DNA of 54,015 bases from Candidatus Parcubacteria bacterium (lineage in GTDB: Bacteria > Patescibacteriota > Minisyncoccia > Phycocordibacterales > Phycocordibacteraceae): NCBI GenBank assembly GCA_034666125.1, contig JAXDML010000006.1:1-54015 (forward strand). The letters are read 5' to 3'. The notes below the pieces were generated by a model. That model was not told the origin of the DNA. It ran no database searches and saw nothing but the letters and a program-made list of their open reading frames with translations. A program made the translations under genes and the position numbers. Position 1 is the first letter of the stretch. Every line of letters begins with the position of its first letter. Below, piece by piece: positions 48,514 to 54,015 of this stretch.

Positions 48514-49785
48514 CTATGATTGTAACAGCTTCTGGAGCTCTTCCCGCACTACGGTCGAATCGCTCCAGGAAGTCTTCTTTCCGCCGGCTTCCATGATGTA
48601 CGGGTCGGTGCCCTTGCCGGTAATGAGGACGGAGTCGCCACTCTTGGCCAGGGATAGCGCGGTACGGATGGCTTCGCGCCGGTCCATGATGATGCGCGGC
48701 TCTTTTGGCATGCCGTCAGCCATCGCCTTCACGATGGCATCCGGATCCTCGTCGTACGGGTCCTCGTTCGTGAGGATGACCTCGTCGCAGGCCTCGCTCG
48801 CGATGCGGCCCATCTCCGGACGCTTCCAGGTGTCGCGACCGCCGCCCGTGTTCCCGAGCACGCATATCTTGCGTCCGGGGTACGCGGCATACAGCGCGTT
48901 GAGAGAGTCGGGCGTGTGCGCATAATCGACGACCGCCTGGAAGTCCTGCCCTTCTTCGACGCGTTCGGTGCGTCCGGGGATGCGTTCGAGTTTCGCGAGC
49001 GCGTCGGCAATAGTCGGGACCGGTACGCCGGCGAAGCGCGCTGCGCGGATGACGGCGAGCGCATTCATGATGCTGAAGCTCCCGGGGAGCTTCAGCGCGA
49101 ACGGGACGTCCTCGTACGTGAACGATACGCGGCCCGGCATAAGCTGTACGTCCTTCGCATCCTCGTATGAAAAGGGAAGCTTCTCCTCGACGGGAAGACC
49201 AAGGTACTTCCGGCCTTCCGTGTCGTCGGCATTTGGCACGATCGCGCGCGGGCGCTTCGGCGAGCGTGCAAGTTCCTTGCCTATCTCACGTTTCGCGGCG
49301 GCATAGTTTTCATACGAGCCGTGCGATTCGATGTGCTCCTTTTGCAGGTTCGTGAAGACGAGCGCATTCATATATAGGTACCGATGACGGAACTGCTTCA
49401 CGCCCTCGCTCGTGATCTCGACGACCGCATGCGTACAGCCCTGCTTTCGCGCCCGCGAAAGGAAATCCTGAAGGAAACCATGACCCTGCATCGTCATCTT
49501 GAAGAGGTTCGGATGTGACTCGTCCTTGATGGCGAAACGGATGGTGCCGGCGACCGCTACCGGCATACCCGCATGAAGCAACACCGCATACAGCATGTCC
49601 GATACGGAGGACTTGCCCTTTGTACCCGTGACGCCGATGACCGTGAGCTTCTTGGCGGGGAAGCCGTACGAGAGCGCCGTGACATAGCTCAATATGCGGT
49701 GATAGAGGGGGAGAAGGGGAGCGACGAGCGATGCCGGAAGGATCCGCTTCAGGATGCGCACGAGTACGGTGATGACTTTATACAT
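48514..49785 (-). CDS. murE: Mur ligase family enzyme, MurE-like (423 aa, short N-terminus)
   Basis: P-loop VIGVTGTKGKSS, DYAHTPDSL and C-terminal LITGKGTDPY. Confidence 0.75.
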   Translation of the reverse strand: MYKVITVLVRILKRILPASLVAPLLPLYHRILSYVTALSYGFPAKKLTVIGVTGTKGKSSVSDMLYAVLLHAGMPVAVAGTIRFAIKDESHPNLFKMTMQGHGFLQDFLSRARKQGCTHAVVEITSEGVKQFRHRYLYMNALVFTNLQKEHIESHGSYENYAAAKREIGKELARSPKRPRAIVPNADDTEGRKYLGLPVEEKLPFSYEDAKDVQLMPGRVSFTYEDVPFALKLPGSFSIMNALAVIRAARFAGVPVPTIADALAKLERIPGRTERVEEGQDFQAVVDYAHTPDSLNALYAAYPGRKICVLGNTGGGRDTWKRPEMGRIASEACDEVILTNEDPYDEDPDAIVKAMADGMPKEPRIIMDRREAIRTALSLAKSGDSVLITGKGTDPYIMEAGGKKTSWSDSTVVREELQKLLQS

Positions 49786-49793
49786 AACCCCGA

Positions 49794-50348
49794 CTATCGC
49801 CCCTGACCCCCGAGCGCGCTCTTCAGCCGCGCGTCCCGTCCGGTAACGTGCATCGGGACCGCGCTGAGCGCCTTCCGCGCCTCGCGGTCCGTGTACCCGA
49901 GCGCGACAAGCGTGTCGAAGACCTCCGCGTCCTCGCCTTCGTGCTCGCGCGCGCCGACGTCTATCTTCTCGGAAAGCTCCACGGCGATCTTCTCCGCGGC
50001 TTTCTTCCCGAGGCCCACGACCCGCGTGAGGTACGAGATGTCGCGTTTGCCGATAGCGCCTTCAAGGGATTCGCGGGATGCCCGCGACATGATGGAGAGA
50101 GCGGTCTTGGGGCCGATGCCTGAAACGGTGAGGAGCTGTGTAAAGAAACGCAGGTCTTCCTTGCTCGTGAAGCCGTACAGGTCGATGCCGTCCTGCTTCA
50201 CGGCCAGATGGGTGAGCAATACCGCGTCGCTCCCCTCGGTAAGCGAAGTTCCGGCCAGAAGCCGCACGAAGACCCCCCACCCGCCGACGTCGATGGTCGC
50301 CCCCGCAAGCTCGCTCTCGAGCACCTTCCCGCGTATCTGCCGGATCAT
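49794..50348 (-). CDS. ruvA: Holliday junction DNA helicase subunit RuvA
   Basis: MIRQIRGKV, LYGFTSKEDLRFFTQLLTVSGIGPKTALSIMS and LGKKAAEKI (HhH motifs). Confidence 0.92.
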   Translation of the reverse strand: MIRQIRGKVLESELAGATIDVGGWGVFVRLLAGTSLTEGSDAVLLTHLAVKQDGIDLYGFTSKEDLRFFTQLLTVSGIGPKTALSIMSRASRESLEGAIGKRDISYLTRVVGLGKKAAEKIAVELSEKIDVGAREHEGEDAEVFDTLVALGYTDREARKALSAVPMHVTGRDARLKSALGGQGR

Positions 50349-50383
50349 ACGGTTATCCTAGCATTTCGCTTTACTGGCTTTCA

Positions 50384-50416
50384 TAAAAGTTGGGCCGCGT
50401 CTCCGAAACGCGACCC
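50384..50416 (-). terminator. Terminator after the GNAT gene
   Basis: Minus strand has GGGUCGCGU-UUCGGAG-ACGCGGCCC (9 bp, one G-U) followed by AACUUUUA. Confidence 0.5.
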
Positions 50417-50437
50417 AGGTGATCTTTTGAAGCGAAG

Positions 50438-50971
50438 CTATTCGTCGCGGGCGGACCTGACGACGGGAACGCGCTTCCGGAACATTAGCTCGCGCCGGTC
50501 ACCGAATTGGGTTCTGGAACCGCACACCTTCCGGCCAAATTTCCTCTTATATAGTTTTATGGCCTTCAGGTTGAAAGCGTATCCCCAGACCACAAAATTG
50601 ATATGGCTCTCGATACGGTCATTCGTTCGCAGCACCCACTCCGTCAATTCGTGCATGCATGCATCGATCACGTCGCCTCCCCAGCCTTTTCCCTGGAATC
50701 TTGGATCGATGCCGAGCTGATCAAGCTCGATCACGGGCTCCGCGCGATGCAGACCGCCGTGTGCCTGCCACCCGGCGTACCCTGCAAAAGTGCCATCGAT
50801 CTCAACAAGAAAATACTGGTAAATGGGAAATGCGCGTTGTAAAGAAGTGGCCCACGCTAAAGCACCCGCAGGATTATCCCGGTCCCCGAGAAAGACTTTG
50901 GCGTTAATGGAGGCGATAGCTTCCAAGTCGCCTCCCGTGGCGAGCCGTACCATAAGTTCACTCTTCATCAC
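50438..50971 (-). CDS. GNAT-family N-acetyltransferase
   Basis: LDQLGIDPRFQGKGWGGDVI (acetyl-CoA motif A) and a YKRKFG-type C-terminus. Confidence 0.8.
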   Translation of the reverse strand: MMKSELMVRLATGGDLEAIASINAKVFLGDRDNPAGALAWATSLQRAFPIYQYFLVEIDGTFAGYAGWQAHGGLHRAEPVIELDQLGIDPRFQGKGWGGDVIDACMHELTEWVLRTNDRIESHINFVVWGYAFNLKAIKLYKRKFGRKVCGSRTQFGDRRELMFRKRVPVVRSARDE

Positions 50972-51073
50972 TGGTCTCCTATTTGTCCTGGGTTAGAACC
51001 CAAGCACTCATACTAAAGTTGCGTAATTGCCTTTACCTTGCCCTCGTAATGGGTGCGTTACAATGGGAAACTC

Positions 51074-51670
51074 ATGATTAAGAACCTCATCTTTGACTTC
51101 GATGGAGTCATTGCCGACAGTTTCGATATCAGCTGGGCCTTGAGCAGGGAACACGATGAGACCGCGACGCTCGAAGACTTCCTCGCCCATCATGACGGAA
51201 ATGTCTTCGCAGAGCCACGCATTAAGTTCAAGCCCGAGCGGCTTCACGAGTTTTATTCTGAATACCGGAATCGGCTCATGCCGAGCCATATCGAACGTGC
51301 GACAGAGCCGATAAGACGACTCGCGGGAAATTACTCACTGTTCATAATCTCGAGCAATAGCGAACACGCGATCAAGGAAGTCCTGAATCAAGCCGAAGTC
51401 CTTACCTTGTTCGTCAGGATACTGGGCGAGGAAACCCATAAGTCGAAAGTCGAGAAGTTCAGGATCCTGACCGAGGAGAACGGTATAACGCCGGATAACA
51501 CCCTTTTCGTTACCGACACCCTGGGAGATATAAAGGAAGCACGCAAGGCCAACATAAGAACGATCGCAGAAACCTTCGGATTTCATGACCAGGAGCGGCT
51601 TATGCAGGGAGAACCGTTCAGGATAGCCGATTCATGGGAAGAGATTGAAGGGATAATCAGTGAGTGCTAG
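51074..51670 (+). CDS. HAD-superfamily hydrolase
   Basis: Motif I LIFDFDGVIADS, motif II FIISSN, motif III/IV K...FVTDTLGD. The ATG at 51074 is preferred over the GTG at 51053. Confidence 0.8.
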   Translation: MIKNLIFDFDGVIADSFDISWALSREHDETATLEDFLAHHDGNVFAEPRIKFKPERLHEFYSEYRNRLMPSHIERATEPIRRLAGNYSLFIISSNSEHAIKEVLNQAEVLTLFVRILGEETHKSKVEKFRILTEENGITPDNTLFVTDTLGDIKEARKANIRTIAETFGFHDQERLMQGEPFRIADSWEEIEGIISEC

Positions 51671-51691
51671 TGCTGGTATAGAATCAACTCA

Positions 51692-52234
51692 ATGAAGCCG
51701 CGTATTATTTTCGTTCCGGGAAACCAGTCCACTCACTGGTCGTTCGCATGGGCACCGTGGTTCAAGGGAGAGCTCGTGAAGCACGGGTATCCGACATTCT
51801 TCGAGACGTTCCCCGATTCGATCATCGCCCGGAGCAGGTATTGGCTGCCGTTCCTCGAAGAGCATGTACAAGCCGGTCCGGACGATGTGCTCGTCGGCTG
51901 GTCGTCCGGGGCGACGGCAGCGATGCGGTATGCGGAGAACCATAAGATACTGGGCTCCGTCCTGATCGCCCCGTGCATCACGGACCTGGATGACGAGCTT
52001 GAAAAACAGAGCGGTTATTTCGACACGCCGTGGGAGTGGGAGAAGATACGGGCGAACCAGAAGCATGTCGCGCTCGTGTATGGCGACGAAGACCCCTTTA
52101 CTCCCCGGGAACACTTCGAAACGATACAGAAAGAGTTAAGTCCCGAGGTTATCGAGATCGCCAGTGAGAAGCATTTCATCGAACGCGAGGATTTTCCCCA
52201 GCTTCTTGAGCATATTCTGAGGACGTATCCGTAG
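51692..52234 (+). CDS. Alpha/beta serine hydrolase, YdeN/RBBP9-like
   Basis: IIFVPGN..., nucleophile elbow LVGWSSGA (GxSxG), ALVYGDEDPF, and a C-terminal His region. Confidence 0.65.
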   Translation: MKPRIIFVPGNQSTHWSFAWAPWFKGELVKHGYPTFFETFPDSIIARSRYWLPFLEEHVQAGPDDVLVGWSSGATAAMRYAENHKILGSVLIAPCITDLDDELEKQSGYFDTPWEWEKIRANQKHVALVYGDEDPFTPREHFETIQKELSPEVIEIASEKHFIEREDFPQLLEHILRTYP

Positions 52235-52273
52235 GGTTGCAGGCCCGCCGAATGTGCCGTAGTATGCGTCCAC

Positions 52274-52543
52274 ATGGCAATCACCACATCAGCTAAGAAA
52301 GCGCACCGCGCCTCCCTTAAGAAGCGCGTTTTCAATGTCCGCCGCAAGCGAGTGCTCACCAATACGACCAAGACCGTACGGAAAATCGCAGGCACTAGCG
52401 TGGAAGAGGCGCGCAAGTCCCTCTCGAGCGCATACAAGGCGATCGACAAGGCAGCCAAGCGCGGCATCATCAAGAAGAACACCGCCTCCCGCAAGAAATC
52501 CCGGCTTTCCGCGGCAGTGAAACGAGCGAGCATTAAGGCGTAA
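52274..52543 (+). CDS. rpsT: 30S ribosomal protein S20
   Basis: SAKKAHRASLKKRVFNVRRK...AIDKAAKRGIIKKNTASRKKSRL. Confidence 0.93.
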   Translation: MAITTSAKKAHRASLKKRVFNVRRKRVLTNTTKTVRKIAGTSVEEARKSLSSAYKAIDKAAKRGIIKKNTASRKKSRLSAAVKRASIKA

Positions 52544-52551
52544 GGAAAATA

Positions 52552-52593
52552 AGAAAGCGACGCGGCCCCAAAGGGCCGCGTCGCTTTCTTTTT
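52552..52593. terminator. Strong bidirectional terminator between rpsT and the convergent gene
   Basis: 17-bp perfect stem AGAAAGCGACGCGGCCC/GGGCCGCGTCGCTTTCT with a CAAA loop, followed by TTTT. Confidence 0.8.
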
Positions 52594-52597
52594 AGCG

Positions 52598-54015
52598 CTA
52601 CGAGAACAGCTCCATCACGAACGACCAGAATCCGCCGAGCATGCGTTTGAACCATTCCCATGCGCCCGACTCTCCGGCCCCCGCAACCAGCTCGTTCGGC
52701 GGGGTTTCGATGATGCCGTCCGCATCTGTTACTTCCTCAGTAACGGAATCGTTCACGGGCGGCTCCGGAGTTGTAACCGCCGTGACGCGCGCTTCGGGAG
52801 CGATAGCCAGGGTCGATGTCGCGAAGTAGGGCGCGATCAGGGGTTCGTCGAAGGCGACTGAGAGAACATCCTCCGTGGTCGTCGCATTCTCGCCGTCCGA
52901 AGCGTCTTCGGACTCGGTCGTCGTACCTACGGGCTTCTTGAAGTCGCGCAGGATATCGTCCCACGTGAGGCCCTTGGCTGCGGGGATGGCGTACGCCGTT
53001 GCCCAGGCACGGGTGTCATAGTCGTCCGGCGTGGTTTTCATACCGCCATCCTCCGCCTGTACCTTTGCAAGGTACGTGAGAGGAGTATTCTCGCCGACTT
53101 TCCAGTCAGCGGGTGAGTCCCCGAGCGCTTCGATCGCCTGGAGCACCCAGCTCGTCGCGAACGGGTCACCGAAGCCGCCGTCGGCCTCCTGCTCTTCCCT
53201 GAGGTACGACTCCGCATCAGCAAGAGCCGCTTGCACGCCGGGTAGCGAGCGAACCTGTGACAGCGCCTGGATGGTCGCTGCCGTCATGTCGACGCTCCCT
53301 TCCCAGGAACCGTCGCCGTTCTGTTCGTCGACGATGAACGCAGTCGTTTCTTGTATGATCTCGTCCTCCTTCCCATACCCCGCATGCAGCAGGGGGATCA
53401 GTGCGAACACGTCGTCGTTCATGATGCCCGGCTCGTCTATCTGCTTCCCGTCGAACGACTCGACTATAGGAGTGATGTAGTCGGACGGACCGCCCGTGTA
53501 CGGGTTGATACCGAGCGCCATGAGTGCCATCGCGTGCCGCTCATAGTCGCGCACGCTCTCGAAGTCCGGTTCCTCTTCCTTGAGATAGGACACCAGACGG
53601 CTCTTCATCCCCGCAGGCGCTCCCGATGCCGCAAGCGCGAAAGCGGACCAGTCCGTCACGAGTTCAGAGTTCCATGAACCATCGGTATCCTGTCCTTCTT
53701 TCAGGAAATCATACGCAGTAGGCAGATCGAATGATTGGACCGCGCCTCCCGAACCATCGCCCGGCGTACCTTCACCGGGCTCCTCCTCGGTCTCAACGAG
53801 CGCTATGACGCGTACATTAGTGCGTTCGCTCTCGGCCTGGTCGAACGTCGTGAGGATAAGCGATACCACGTCGCCTGCCTCGACCGGAAGGCACCCGATA
53901 CCGCAGGCCGCGTACTCCCCGTTATGCCACAGCGCCCAGTACTCGCTCGTGCTGTCCGCCTCCCTCCCGTCGACCGCAGTGACGTAGAGGCCGAAGCTCG
54001 GGTTGTTCGTAAGCT
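52598..54015 (-). CDS. Partial (5' end off-window): DUF4430-like domain plus prenyltransferase/terpenoid-cyclase-like alpha-alpha toroid repeats
   Basis: The frame stays open past the GTG at 53869 to the window edge, giving ...GLYVTAVDGREADSTSEYWALWHNGEYAACGIGCLPVEAGDVVSLIL (DUF4430 pattern). Repeats DGSWN..., GDGSWEG..., ADGGFGD... follow. C-terminal hydrophobic segment. Confidence 0.6.
   Translation of the reverse strand, partial: LTNNPSFGLYVTAVDGREADSTSEYWALWHNGEYAACGIGCLPVEAGDVVSLILTTFDQAESERTNVRVIALVETEEEPGEGTPGDGSGGAVQSFDLPTAYDFLKEGQDTDGSWNSELVTDWSAFALAASGAPAGMKSRLVSYLKEEEPDFESVRDYERHAMALMALGINPYTGGPSDYITPIVESFDGKQIDEPGIMNDDVFALIPLLHAGYGKEDEIIQETTAFIVDEQNGDGSWEGSVDMTAATIQALSQVRSLPGVQAALADAESYLREEQEADGGFGDPFATSWVLQAIEALGDSPADWKVGENTPLTYLAKVQAEDGGMKTTPDDYDTRAWATAYAIPAAKGLTWDDILRDFKKPVGTTTESEDASDGENATTTEDVLSVAFDEPLIAPYFATSTLAIAPEARVTAVTTPEPPVNDSVTEEVTDADGIIETPPNELVAGAGESGAWEWFKRMLGGFWSFVMELFS

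Noticed and set aside
1-54015. CRISPR arrays, rRNA genes, IS elements or transposases, and stop-codon reassignment
   Set aside because: I found no spaced direct-repeat arrays, rRNA-like segments or transposase-like ORFs. All long conserved genes are intact under the standard code with TGA, TAA and TAG stops, so reassignment such as code 25 is unnecessary.

Overview
High-GC (roughly 60% by eye) bacterial chromosome segment. It has compact, often shortened housekeeping genes and many membrane, secreted or proline-rich hypothetical genes. By inference this fits an ultra-small Patescibacteria/CPR-type genome. The replication-origin neighbourhood sits mid-window: yidC-rnpA-rpmH (minus strand), then dnaA-dnaN (plus strand). 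DnaA-box-like 9-mers and an AT-rich dnaA-dnaN spacer lie around it. Other core genes are rpsO, rpsT, pcrA/uvrD, rsmA, glmS, PBP1A, murE-like, ruvA, ruvB, ruvC, yebC, polA, tsaE, holA-like, a PilB-type ATPase and tRNA-Lys(UUU). Two accessory regions stand out. (1) At 95-3415, on the minus strand, there is a tightly packed operon: a coiled-coil protein with a UBC/E2-like C-terminus, a JAMM/JAB peptidase and a minimal ThiF/E1-like protein. No ubiquitin-like gene is visible. A palindrome-laden promoter and a Xer-type tyrosine recombinase gene lie upstream, and a self-contained 46-codon mini-gene lies downstream. (2) At 13033-26230 there is an 11-gene plus-strand cluster with prgH/prgI/prgJ-like order: VirB6/TrbL-like, VirB3/PrgI-like, an extra VirB4-N-domain paralogue and a VirB4 ATPase. 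It also carries cysteine-rich and proline-rich secreted or membrane proteins, but no coupling protein or relaxase. Further points are an M23 peptidase whose membrane anchor has no canonical start codon, a structured 260-nt intergenic candidate RNA, AT-rich single-gene islands and a secreted Arg/Gly/Tyr-rich disordered protein. I saw no rRNA, CRISPR array or transposase. Long antisense ORFs in the track are high-GC shadows.
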